A DNA stretch of 49,791 bases from Burkholderiaceae bacterium (GTDB lineage Bacteria; Pseudomonadota; Gammaproteobacteria; Burkholderiales; Burkholderiaceae_E): NCBI GenBank assembly GCA_044356115.1, contig JBIKWU010000001.1, forward strand, positions 1 to 49,791, in the 5' to 3' direction. The notes under the pieces were generated by a model. That model searched no databases. It saw only the letters and a list, made by a program, of their open reading frames with translations, and had not been told where the DNA came from. The position numbers and the translations under genes are program-made. Shown piece by piece: positions 1 to 9,114 of the stretch. Each line of letters begins with the position of its first letter. Positions within the stretch are counted from its first letter, which is position 1.

Positions 1-2
1 GC

Positions 3-599
3 CATTCGCTGAAGGCCGAGGCGATCGGCTGCGACGCGGTCAGCGTCGACGGGTTCGAGTGCGGCGGCCATCCCGGCGAGGACGACATCCCCAACTTCAT
101 CCTGCTGCCGCGCGCCGCCGACGAGCTGAAGATCCCCTTCGTGGCCTCCGGTGGCATGGCCGACGGGCGCTCGCTGGCTGCCGCGCTGTCGCTCGGCGCC
201 GATGGCATCAACATGGGCACGCGCTTCATCGCCACGCGCGAGGCGCCTGTGCACGAGAACGTCAAGCAGGCGATCGTCGCCGCAAGCGAGCTCGACACCC
301 GGCTGGTGATGCGCCCGCTGCGCAACACCGAGCGGGTGCTGCGCAACGAGGCGGTCGATCGGCTCCTCGCCAAGGAGAAGGCGCTGGGCGCGAACCTCAA
401 GTTCGAGGACATCATCGACGAGGTGGCTGGCGTGTATCCCAAGATCATGCTTGACGGCACCATGGACGCCGGCGCCTGGTCCTGCGGCATGGTGGCCGGC
501 CTCATCCACGACATCCCCACCGTCAAGGAACTGGTCGATCGCATCATGGCGCAGGCCGAGTCGATCATCCGCGGGCGCCTCGCCGGCTTCGTGGCCTGA
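3..599 (+). CDS. Nitronate monooxygenase / FabK-like FMN-dependent oxidoreductase (2-nitropropane dioxygenase family), 5' truncated by window edge
   Basis: The frame is open from base 3 (HSLKAEAIGCDAVSVDGFECGGHPG) into ORF 141..599. Family motifs: ECGGH, VASGGMADG and GINMGTRFIATREA. Confidence 0.9.
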   Translation, partial: HSLKAEAIGCDAVSVDGFECGGHPGEDDIPNFILLPRAADELKIPFVASGGMADGRSLAAALSLGADGINMGTRFIATREAPVHENVKQAIVAASELDTRLVMRPLRNTERVLRNEAVDRLLAKEKALGANLKFEDIIDEVAGVYPKIMLDGTMDAGAWSCGMVAGLIHDIPTVKELVDRIMAQAESIIRGRLAGFVA

Positions 600-702
600 C
601 CCTGCCGGCGCGCGCGGCGGCGAAGGCCGCGGCTGCGCGCGCTCAAGGCGGCGGGGGGCGCGGGCGCGTCCAATGGGTGCACGCCCTCGTGCCTCGCCCG
701 CC

Positions 703-1338
703 ATGATCTTCCAGGACCGACTCGACGCCGCCGACCAGCTCGCCACCGCGCTCTCCCGCTATCGCGACCGCCAGGCGCTGGTGCTGGCGATTCCGCGTGG
801 CGCCGTCGCGATGGGCCAGCGGATCGCGCAGCGGCTGGCCGCCGATTTCGACCTGGTGCTGGTGCGCAAGCTGCGCGCGCCCTTCTCCCCCGAGTTCGCG
901 GTTGGCGCGGTCGACGAGACCGGCTGGTGCTGGCTCTCGCCCCACGCCCGCGACGTGGGTGCCGATGCCGGCTACCTGGCCGGCGAGCGGGCCCGGCAGC
1001 TCGATGAGCTGCACCGGCGACGCCTTGCCTACTTCGGCGCCCGGCCGCCGGTGGAGGCTGCGGGCCGAGTGGTGATCGTGGTCGATGACGGCCTGGCCAC
1101 CGGCGCGACCATGATCGCGGCCCTGCATGCGGTGCGGGCGCAGAAGCCCTCGCGGCTGGTCTGCGCGGTGCCGGTCGGCGCGCGCGATAGCCTCGAGACC
1201 GTGGCCGGGTTTGCCGACGAGGTGGTCTGCCTGCACCGGCCGGCACTGTTCGGCGCGGTGGGCGCCTTCTACCGCGACTTCCGGCAGGTGGACGACGCCG
1301 AGGTGATCGCGCTGCTGGGTCTGCGGGAGGCGTCGTGA
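703..1338 (+). CDS. Phosphoribosyltransferase-family protein
   Basis: ATG at 703 (MIFQDRLDAA). LAIPRGAV and VRKLRAP motifs, PRPP-binding VIVVDDGLATGATM, and C-terminal AVGAFYRDFRQVDDAEV. Confidence 0.9.
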   Translation: MIFQDRLDAADQLATALSRYRDRQALVLAIPRGAVAMGQRIAQRLAADFDLVLVRKLRAPFSPEFAVGAVDETGWCWLSPHARDVGADAGYLAGERARQLDELHRRRLAYFGARPPVEAAGRVVIVVDDGLATGATMIAALHAVRAQKPSRLVCAVPVGARDSLETVAGFADEVVCLHRPALFGAVGAFYRDFRQVDDAEVIALLGLREAS

Positions 1339-2039
1339 ACGGGCCGCGGCGCGGCGCGCTGAATGCGCGGGTGCGCATCGCCGGTGCGTCCGGGTTCCTG
1401 GAGGGCGAGCTCGCGCTGCCGCTGCAGCCGGCCGGCGTGGTGCTGTTCGCGCATGGCAGCGGCTCCTCGCGGCACTCGCCGCGCAACCTGGCGGTGGCCG
1501 CGCAGTTGCGCGAGGCCGGCCTGGGCACGCTGCTGGTGGACCTGCTCAGCGCGCAGGAGGATCAGCGCGACGAGGCCCGCTTCGACATCGATCTGCTCAC
1601 CCGCCGCCTGAGCGGGGCGGCGAGCTGGCTGGCGGCCGATCCGCGCACGGCCGGTCTGCCGCTGGGCCTGTTCGGCGCGAGCACCGGTGCCGCCGCGGCG
1701 CTGCGCCTGGCGGCGGCCGCCCCCGGGGCGGTGGCCGCGGTGGTGTCGCGTGGCGGCCGACCCGATCTGGCCGATCGCGCCGTGCTGCGGGCGGTGCGCG
1801 CCCCGGTGCTGCTGGTGGTGGGCGGCAATGACGACATCGTGCTGGCCATCAATCGCGAGGCGCTGGCCGAGTTGCGCTGCCCCAAGCGATTGTCCATCGT
1901 GCCGAAGGCCACCCATCTCTTTCCGGAGCCGGGCGCGCTCGTCCAGGTGGGGCGGCTGGCGGCCGACTGGTTCGGTCGCTGGTTCGAGGCGGCGCTGGCC
2001 GACGCCCCGGGCCCGGGCGTCGGGCTTCAGCCGCCGTAG
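1335..2039 (+). CDS. Alpha/beta hydrolase (dienelactone hydrolase-like)
   Basis: FAHGSGSSRHSPRN, nucleophile elbow GASTG, SRGGRPDL and ATHLFPEPG. The start overlaps the upstream stop (GTGA). Confidence 0.88.
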   Translation: MNGPRRGALNARVRIAGASGFLEGELALPLQPAGVVLFAHGSGSSRHSPRNLAVAAQLREAGLGTLLVDLLSAQEDQRDEARFDIDLLTRRLSGAASWLAADPRTAGLPLGLFGASTGAAAALRLAAAAPGAVAAVVSRGGRPDLADRAVLRAVRAPVLLVVGGNDDIVLAINREALAELRCPKRLSIVPKATHLFPEPGALVQVGRLAADWFGRWFEAALADAPGPGVGLQPP

Positions 2040-3052
2040 CGCTGGCGCGCCAGGCGCGCGCCCTCGCCCAGCGCGGCGAGCTTGCGGCGGGCGATGTCCG
2101 GATCCATCGGGGCCATGCCGCAGTTGGTGCACGGAAACAGCCGCTCGCGGGGAACGTGCTGCAGGGCCCGGCCGATGGTCTGGGCGACCTCCTCGGGCGT
2201 CTCGACCACCTCGCTCGCCACGTCGATCACGCCGACCAGGACGTCCTTGCCCTTGAGCAGCGCCATCAGTTCGATCGGCACCTTCGAGCCCGCGCACTCG
2301 AGCGAGATCTGGTCGATGCGGCTGGCGGCCAGCGCCGGGAAGATCTTCTCGTACTGCCGCCACTCCTGGCCGAGCGATTCCTTCCAGTCGATGTTGGCCT
2401 GGATGCCGTAGCCGTAGCAGATGTGGACGGCGGTGGTGCAGCTCAGGCCCTCGGTGGCGCGATGCAGCGCCTCGATGCCCCAGTCGGTGACCTCGTCCAT
2501 GAACACGTTGAAGGCGGGTTCGTCGAACTGGATCACGTCGACCCCATCGTCCTGCAGGCCGCGCGCTTCCTGGTTGAGCAGGTCGGCGAAGGCCATGGCC
2601 ATGCGGACCTTGTCGCCATAGAAGCGGTCGGCCACGGTGTCGACGATGGTCATCGGCCCGGGCAGGGTGAACTTCAGGCGACGCGTGGTGTGGGCCCGCG
2701 CCAGGCGGGCCTCGGCCTGGTGCACCCGACCCTTCAGGCGCAGCGCGCCGGTGACCTGCGGCACCATCGCGTCGTAGCGGTTGTTGCGGATGCCCATCTT
2801 CACCTTGTTGGCGAAATCGATGCCTTCGACCGCCTCCAGGAAACCGTGCACGAAGTGCTGACGCGACTGTTCGCCGTCGCCCACCGTGGCCAGGCCTGCG
2901 TCCTCCTGCAGCTTGAGCCACAGCAGGGTGGCGTCGGCCTTGGCTGCGGCGAGCTCGGCGCCCTCGCTGCGCCACTGTGGCCAGAGCTTGTGGGTCTCGG
3001 CCAGCCAGGCGGGTTTGGGCAGGCTGCCTGCCAGGGTGGGTTCGAACATCAT
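2027..3052 (-). CDS. Core cobalamin-independent methionine synthase (single catalytic barrel, MesD-like)
   Basis: GSLPKP, DGEQSR, PGPMT and IQFDEPAF motifs. Zn ligands HIC, E (SLEC) and NCG. At 341 aa it lacks the N-terminal folate-binding half of MetE. Confidence 0.88.
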   Translation of the reverse strand: MMFEPTLAGSLPKPAWLAETHKLWPQWRSEGAELAAAKADATLLWLKLQEDAGLATVGDGEQSRQHFVHGFLEAVEGIDFANKVKMGIRNNRYDAMVPQVTGALRLKGRVHQAEARLARAHTTRRLKFTLPGPMTIVDTVADRFYGDKVRMAMAFADLLNQEARGLQDDGVDVIQFDEPAFNVFMDEVTDWGIEALHRATEGLSCTTAVHICYGYGIQANIDWKESLGQEWRQYEKIFPALAASRIDQISLECAGSKVPIELMALLKGKDVLVGVIDVASEVVETPEEVAQTIGRALQHVPRERLFPCTNCGMAPMDPDIARRKLAALGEGARLARQRYGG

Positions 3053-3251
3053 GGGCTCCGGTCAGGTCCGCGCCCTCGCGCGGGATCGGCGGCAAGGGTA
3101 CTCTCGGGGCCCGGCCGAGGCCACCGCGGGGCCATTGCGCCGCGCCGTCTCGAATCCGGCCGCGTCCCGTGGCCGGCCCGTCGGGCGGCATCGACAATTC
3201 CGAGCGCGGGCCTGTGCCCGTTCCCCTCCCTCCGAAGACAATCAGGCTGCC

Positions 3252-4418
3252 ATGGATTTCGCCCTCACCCAGGAACAGGAAAGCATCCGCGAGTCGGTCG
3301 CGCGCATCTGCGAGCGCTTCGACGACAACTACTGGTCGCGCAAGGACCAGGAGGGCGGCTTCCCGCACGAGCTCTATCACGCGCTGGCCGAGGCCGGCTG
3401 GCTGGGCGTGTGCACGCCGGAGGAGTACGGCGGCTCGGGCCTGGGCGTGGTCGAGGCCTGCCTGGTGGCGCGCGCGATCAGCGAGTCGGGGGCCGGCATG
3501 TCGGGCGCCTCGGCGGTGCACATCAACATCTTCGGGCTGAACCCGGTGGTGGTCTTCGGCACCCACGAGCAGAAGCTGCGCATGCTGCCGCCCATGGTGC
3601 AGGGTCGCCAGAAGGCCTGCTTCGCGGTCACCGAGCCGAACACCGGCCTGAACACCACCCAGCTCAAGACCCGCGCCGAGCGCAAGGGCGACCGCTACGT
3701 GGTCAACGGCCACAAGGTCTGGATCTCCACCGCGCAGGTGGCCGACAAGATGCTGCTGCTGGCCCGCACCACGCCGCTGGAGGAGGTCAAGCGGCCCACC
3801 GAAGGGCTGAGCCTGTTCTACACCGACTTCGACCGCACCCGCATCACCGCGCGCGAGATCGACAAGATGGGCCGCAAGCCCATCGACTCCAACGAACTCT
3901 TCATCGAGAACTTCGAGGTGCCGGTGGAAGATCGCATCGGCGAGGAGGGGCGCGGTTTCGAGTACATCCTGCACGGCATGAATCCCGAGCGGGTGATGAT
4001 CGCCGCCGAGGCGATCGGCCTGGGCCACGCGGCCCTGCGCCGCGCCACCCGTTACGCCAAGGAGCGGGTGGTGTTCAACCGCCCCATCGGTCAGAACCAG
4101 GCGATCCAGCACCCGCTGGCGGTCAACTGGATGGAGCTCGAGGCCGCCTGGCTCATGACCCTGTCGGCGGCCTGGCAGTACGACAACAACCTGCCCTGCG
4201 GCGCCGCGGCCAACGCCGCCAAGTACCTCGCCGGCGAGGCCGGCTTCAACGCCTGCCAGCAGGCGGTGATGACCCACGGCGGTTTCGGCTATGCCCGCGA
4301 GTACCACGTCGAGCGCTATCTGCGCGAGGTGATGATCCCGCGCATCGCGCCGGTCAGCCCGCAACTGGTGATGTGCTTCATCGCCGAGCGGGTGCTCGGC
4401 CTGCCCAAGTCCTACTGA
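3252..4418 (+). CDS. Acyl-CoA dehydrogenase
   Basis: ATG at 3252 (MDFALTQEQ). FAVTEPNTG, VNGHKVWIS, RVVFNRPIGQNQAIQH and THGGFGYAREYHVER. Confidence 0.95.
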   Translation: MDFALTQEQESIRESVARICERFDDNYWSRKDQEGGFPHELYHALAEAGWLGVCTPEEYGGSGLGVVEACLVARAISESGAGMSGASAVHINIFGLNPVVVFGTHEQKLRMLPPMVQGRQKACFAVTEPNTGLNTTQLKTRAERKGDRYVVNGHKVWISTAQVADKMLLLARTTPLEEVKRPTEGLSLFYTDFDRTRITAREIDKMGRKPIDSNELFIENFEVPVEDRIGEEGRGFEYILHGMNPERVMIAAEAIGLGHAALRRATRYAKERVVFNRPIGQNQAIQHPLAVNWMELEAAWLMTLSAAWQYDNNLPCGAAANAAKYLAGEAGFNACQQAVMTHGGFGYAREYHVERYLREVMIPRIAPVSPQLVMCFIAERVLGLPKSY

Positions 4419-4431
4419 GGCGCGCCCGGCC

Positions 4432-5721
4432 GTGGCCTTGCCTGCCCCGATCGAGCCCGGGGCACTCGCGCTGGGCGCCTGGCTGCGGCCCGGTGACCGG
4501 GTGGTCTGCGCGCAGGCGGGCGCCGAGCCCCTGACCCTCACCAGCGCGCTGGTGGCGCAGCGTGCCGCACTGGGGGGCGTGTCGGTGTTCCTGGGCGCCA
4601 CCTTCTCGGACAGCTTCACGCCGGCGCACGCCGACCATCTGCGCTTCGAATCCTACGGCGCCATGGGCGCCACCGTGCCGCTGGCGCAGGCCGGCTGCCT
4701 GGACGTGCTGCCCATCCACTACAGCGAACTCGATGACGCCTTCCAGAGCGGTCGCTGGCGGGCCGATGTGGTGCTGCTGCAACTCGCCCCGGGCGAGGGC
4801 GGCGGTCCGCCCAGCCTGGGCCTGGGCAACGACTACGCGGCGGCGGCCGCGATGCGCGCCCGCGTGGTCATCGCCGAGCTCAACCCGCAGGCGCCCTGGA
4901 CCCACGGCGCGAGCCTGCCCGAGGGCCTGCGCATCGACGCGGTGGTGCGCGCGCAGGCCGCGCCGCTGTCCATCCCGGCGGCGCGCTTCGGGCAGACCGA
5001 GCAGCGCATCGCCACCTGGGTGGCGGCGCTGATTCCCGAGCGGGCCACGGTCCAGACCGGCATCGGCGCGCTGCCCGATGCGGTCCTCGCCGGCCTGCGC
5101 GGCCATCGTGACCTCGGCATCCACACCGGCCTGCTCGGCGAGTGCGCGCTCGACCTCATCGAGGCCGGCGCGGTCACCAATGCCTTCAAGTCGATCGACG
5201 CCGGGCTTACCGTCACCAACATCGTCTGCGGCACACCGCGCCTGCACCGCTGGGCGCATCGCAATCCCGCGCTGCGGCTGGCGCGTGGCGCCTACACCCA
5301 TGGGCCGCGGGTGCTGGCCGGCATCGAGCGTTTCTTTGCCATCAACTCGGCCCTCGAGGTCGATCTCAGCGGACAGGTCAATGCCGAGTCACTCGACGGC
5401 CTGCCGCGCGGCGGCGTGGGCGGCGCCAACGACTTCGCCCGCGCCGCGCGTCGCAGCCCGGGCGGCCGCTCGGTGATCGTGCTGCCCGCCGATGCGCAGG
5501 GCGGCCGGCGCAGCCGCATCGTGCCGGTGCTGGCTGGCGGCACGGTCACCGTCACCCGCAGCGACGTCGACCTGGTGGTCACCGAGCACGGGGTGGCTGA
5601 CCTGCGCCACTGCACGCTGGCCGAGCGCGCGCGGCGCCTGATCGCGATCGCCGCGCCGGCCTGGCGCGAGCCGCTGGCCAGGGCCATGGTCGAGCCGGCG
5701 AGCTGGAATCGCGCACAATGA
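4432..5721 (+). CDS. Acetyl-CoA hydrolase/transferase family (4-hydroxybutyrate CoA-transferase-like)
   Basis: QTGIGALPDAV, DLGIHTG, INSALEVDLSGQVNAE, GGVGGANDF and VVTEHGVADLR. Confidence 0.9.
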   Translation: MALPAPIEPGALALGAWLRPGDRVVCAQAGAEPLTLTSALVAQRAALGGVSVFLGATFSDSFTPAHADHLRFESYGAMGATVPLAQAGCLDVLPIHYSELDDAFQSGRWRADVVLLQLAPGEGGGPPSLGLGNDYAAAAAMRARVVIAELNPQAPWTHGASLPEGLRIDAVVRAQAAPLSIPAARFGQTEQRIATWVAALIPERATVQTGIGALPDAVLAGLRGHRDLGIHTGLLGECALDLIEAGAVTNAFKSIDAGLTVTNIVCGTPRLHRWAHRNPALRLARGAYTHGPRVLAGIERFFAINSALEVDLSGQVNAESLDGLPRGGVGGANDFARAARRSPGGRSVIVLPADAQGGRRSRIVPVLAGGTVTVTRSDVDLVVTEHGVADLRHCTLAERARRLIAIAAPAWREPLARAMVEPASWNRAQ

Positions 5722-5765
5722 CGGGCTGGCGCCGACAGTCCGGCGCCGTGTCCAGGAGCCACCCC

Positions 5766-6728
5766 ATGAGATTTCACCTTGTTTCCGCCCTTGCCGCCTG
5801 CGTGCTGGCGCTGTCGGCCGGCAGCGCTGCGGCGCAGGCCTACCCCTCGCGGCCCATTCGCGTGATCGTGCCCTTCGCCGTGGGCAGCGGCACCGACATC
5901 CTCACCCGGCTGGTCACCGAGGAACTGCAGAAAAGCCTGGGCGTGCCCTTCGTCATCGACAACAAGCCCGGCGCCTCCAGCCAGATCGCGGCCGAGGCCG
6001 CGGCCAAGGCCGAGCCCGATGGCTACACGCTGATGATGACCACCAACACCGCGCACTCGGCCAACCCGCACCTGTTCAAGAAGCTCCGCTATGACCCGCT
6101 GAAGGACTTCACGCCGATCGCCCGGGTCAACTACTTCCTGTTCGCGCTGGCCATCAAGGCCGATTCCCCCATCCGCACGCCGCAGGAACTGGTGGCCCAC
6201 GTGCGGGCCAATCCCGGCAAGTTCTCCTACGGCTTCGGCAACTCCACGGGGCAGGTGGCCGGCGCGCATTTCGTGAAGTACGGCCGCATGGACGCGCAGC
6301 CGGTGCCCTACAAGAGCACGCCGCCGGCCATGACCGACATCGCGGTGGGGCAGGTGGAATTCATGTTCGTCGACTGGGCCGCGGCACAGAGCTTCATCAA
6401 GGCCGGCAAGCTCAAGCTGATCGGCGTGCAGGCCGACACCCGCTCGGCGATGCTGCCCGATCTGCCCCCGGTGGGCGAGACCGTGCCCGGCTTCACCTTC
6501 ACGGTGTGGGGCGGCATGATCGGGCCGGCAGGCATGCCGCCAGCCATCGTCCAGACCCTCAACGCGGCCATCAACAAGGTGCTGGCAAACCCCGCCGTGC
6601 GCGAGCGCATGATGGGCCTGGGCCTGGAGCCGGCGCCCATGTCGCTGGAGGACTTCCGCCGCTTCACCGTCGAGCAGCACGCGGCCTGGGGCAAGAGCAT
6701 CCGCGACGCCGGCATCCAGCCGGAATGA
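5766..6728 (+). CDS. Bug/TctC tripartite tricarboxylate transporter substrate-binding protein
   Basis: AGGAG RBS before ATG 5766, signal peptide, YPSRPIRVIVPF, DNKPGA, PDGYTL, VPYKS and C-terminal AGIQPE. Confidence 0.95.
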   Translation: MRFHLVSALAACVLALSAGSAAAQAYPSRPIRVIVPFAVGSGTDILTRLVTEELQKSLGVPFVIDNKPGASSQIAAEAAAKAEPDGYTLMMTTNTAHSANPHLFKKLRYDPLKDFTPIARVNYFLFALAIKADSPIRTPQELVAHVRANPGKFSYGFGNSTGQVAGAHFVKYGRMDAQPVPYKSTPPAMTDIAVGQVEFMFVDWAAAQSFIKAGKLKLIGVQADTRSAMLPDLPPVGETVPGFTFTVWGGMIGPAGMPPAIVQTLNAAINKVLANPAVRERMMGLGLEPAPMSLEDFRRFTVEQHAAWGKSIRDAGIQPE

Positions 6729-6759
6729 GCGCGGGCTGGCACGCCGTCGCGGGGTCGGC

Positions 6760-7938
6760 ATGAGCCTGTCCCCGCGGTTGCGTCCGGCTGCGGCCATCGC
6801 CGCGGCCACGGCGATGAACCTGCCCTTCGGCACCATCTATGCCTTCAGCGTGTTCCTGAAGCCGATGGAGAGCCTGCTCGGCATCAGCCGGGCGCAGATG
6901 ACGTTCATCTTCGGGCTGGCGGCGTGCAGCCTCACCCTGGGCATGAACCTGGGGCCCTGGCTGTATCGGCGGGTGCGGCCGGTGCCGCTCACCGTGGGCG
7001 GCGGCATCCTCAGCGGCCTGGGGCTGGCGCTCACCGCGGGCGCCACCGGTTTCCTCGAACTGATGCTCGGGTACGGGCTGCTGTTCGGCATCGGCGGCGG
7101 GGTCGGCTTCATCCTGGTCCAGCAAGGCGTGAACCAGACGGTCCGCTCCCATACCGGGCTGGTCAACGGCTACGTGATCGGGCTCTATCCGCTGGGCGCC
7201 ATGATCGGCGCGCCGCTGTTCGGCTGGGCCATCCAGACCTGGGGCTTGCGCCCCACCCTCTACGGCCTGGCCCTGGCGGTGCTGCTCTGCTGCCTGCTCA
7301 CCGCGCTGCTGCTGGGCGTGGCCGACATCCGCATGCAGGACGACACGCCGCAGGCGGCCGGATCGGTTGATCCCCGCTGGCCGCTGTTCTTCCGCCTGTT
7401 CGCGGTGTTCTTCCTGGCGGCGGCGGCCGGGCTGACGGTGATGAGCCAGGCCGCGGGCATCATCCAGGCCTATGGTGGACAGACCGCGATGGCGCTGGGC
7501 GCCACCTCGGTGATCACCGGCTTCATCGCCTGCGCGCGCATCGGCGGCGGCTGGCTGATCGACCGCTTCGCGGTGCCGCATGTGGCCGCTTTCGCCCATC
7601 TGTTCTCGCTGACGGGCGCGGTGATGCTCAGCCTGTGGCCAGGGCCGCTGGTGGCCGTGCCCTGCCTGGTCATGATCGGCATGGGCTACGGCTTCATTTC
7701 GGGCATGACCGCGGGGGCGATCGCCCGCTACTGGAGCCGCAACGCCTTCGGCCGGGTGGCCGGGCAGCTCTACATTGCCTGGTGCATCGCCGCGATCAGC
7801 CTGCCGGTGCTGGCCGGCTGGATCTACGACCGCACCCAGGGCTACGGAGCGGCGGTGATGATTGCCGCGCTGGGCAACATCCTGGGTGCCTGGCTGGCCT
7901 TCGGCCTGCCACGGGTGACGGCCGCGCCGCCGCGCTGA
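6760..7938 (+). CDS. MFS transporter (oxalate/formate antiporter-like)
   Basis: About 12 hydrophobic segments, GTIYAFSVF start typical of the OFA family, and GGWLIDRF. Confidence 0.85.
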   Translation: MSLSPRLRPAAAIAAATAMNLPFGTIYAFSVFLKPMESLLGISRAQMTFIFGLAACSLTLGMNLGPWLYRRVRPVPLTVGGGILSGLGLALTAGATGFLELMLGYGLLFGIGGGVGFILVQQGVNQTVRSHTGLVNGYVIGLYPLGAMIGAPLFGWAIQTWGLRPTLYGLALAVLLCCLLTALLLGVADIRMQDDTPQAAGSVDPRWPLFFRLFAVFFLAAAAGLTVMSQAAGIIQAYGGQTAMALGATSVITGFIACARIGGGWLIDRFAVPHVAAFAHLFSLTGAVMLSLWPGPLVAVPCLVMIGMGYGFISGMTAGAIARYWSRNAFGRVAGQLYIAWCIAAISLPVLAGWIYDRTQGYGAAVMIAALGNILGAWLAFGLPRVTAAPPR

Positions 7939-7966
7939 GCGCGCGGCCGCGCAGCGCGCCCCGCTA

Positions 7967-8983
7967 TCACTTCTTCTCGTACTTCGCGGCCCAGACCTTC
8001 TTGCCTTCCTGCAGGGCGTCATAGACGGTCTGCGCCTTGCCACCGATGGCCTGCACCAGCTCGGCCTGGCCGGGGCGGATCACCTTGGCGAATGCCTCGC
8101 GCTGCTCGGCGGTGAGTTCGTGCACGAAGCCGCCCTTGCGACGGAACTCCTCCATCTTGGGCTTCTCGGTGTCGGCCACCTGCTTGCGCGCCCAGGCGAG
8201 GTCCGGCAGCGCCTTGATCATCTTCTCGCGCAGCGCGGGCTTCATGCCGTCGAACAGGGCCTTGTTGACGATGAAGGTGGACGGATGGAAGTAGTGCCGG
8301 GTCATCACGTAGTGCGGCGCGCTCTGGGCGGCCGGGGTGGTGACATAGAACAGGAAGGGCAGGTCGGCGCCCACCACCAGGCCGCTCTGCAGGCCAGGCC
8401 ACAGCTCGGTGAGCGGCATCTGCACGCCGTTGGCGCCGAGCTGCTTGAAGACGATGCGCGAGGCCGGCGAGGGCGACACGCGCATCTTCTGGCCCTTGAT
8501 GCTGTCCGGGGTCAGGCAGGCGGTCTTGCAGACCATGTCGTTCCAGCCCACGTCGGCGACGTAGATCAGCTCCAGGCCCTTCTCGGCGTAGAGCTTCTTC
8601 ATGACCGGGGTGCCGTGGTTGTCGGTCACCCAGGCGCGCTCCTCGTCGTTCTTCCAGATGTAGGGGGCATTGAAGACCGCGCCTTCAGGCACGGTGATGG
8701 CGCCACCGGCGAACGACGAGGCGCCGGCCTGGAGCCGGCCGCGCACCACCTGCTGGTGCATCTCCTGCTCGTTGCCCACGTGCTGGTACTCGAGCTTGAG
8801 CTCGCCGCCGGCGGCCGCGTTGAAGTCGTTGATGAACTTCATCACGATGTCGTAAAGCACCGTGCCCTGCATGGCAGCGGTGCCGAGCTTCCAGACATCG
8901 GAGGCGGTGGCCGGGGTGCTGATGCCGGCGGCCAGCAGCGAGAAACCGGCTGCCGCCAGGAACTTCCTGAGCGATCTGTTCAT
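7967..8983 (-). CDS. dctP: TRAP transporter substrate-binding protein DctP
   Basis: Signal peptide, GNEQEM, FNAPYIW, KGQKMRV and MPLTELWPGLQSGLVVG. Confidence 0.88.
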   Translation of the reverse strand: MNRSLRKFLAAAGFSLLAAGISTPATASDVWKLGTAAMQGTVLYDIVMKFINDFNAAAGGELKLEYQHVGNEQEMHQQVVRGRLQAGASSFAGGAITVPEGAVFNAPYIWKNDEERAWVTDNHGTPVMKKLYAEKGLELIYVADVGWNDMVCKTACLTPDSIKGQKMRVSPSPASRIVFKQLGANGVQMPLTELWPGLQSGLVVGADLPFLFYVTTPAAQSAPHYVMTRHYFHPSTFIVNKALFDGMKPALREKMIKALPDLAWARKQVADTEKPKMEEFRRKGGFVHELTAEQREAFAKVIRPGQAELVQAIGGKAQTVYDALQEGKKVWAAKYEKK

Positions 8984-9114
8984 GTGTGTCTCCGTGGTTA
9001 TCGGGCGGACGCTTCCGGCCGCCTCCGGGTCAGCATAGTGCTTGCGCCTGCGCGCCAGAACAATGCCTTGTTTTCGGCGTGGTGATGGGCTGCCAGAAAT
9101 CGGAAAGGCGACCC

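Noticed and set aside
3053-3251. Possible SAM/SAH/cobalamin riboswitch upstream of the methionine synthase
   Set aside because: I could not find conserved riboswitch motifs by eye on the minus strand. An Rfam/Infernal scan would be decisive.
1269-4619. 1116-aa minus-strand ORF
   Set aside because: It is antisense to or out of frame with four well-supported genes and has no family motifs. This is a typical stop-poor shadow frame in high-GC DNA.
9042-9057. Possible sigma54 promoter (TGGCGC...GC) for dctP
   Set aside because: The GG-to-GC spacing is one base short of -24/-12 and TTGC is absent. A sigma70-like TATGCT lies just downstream.
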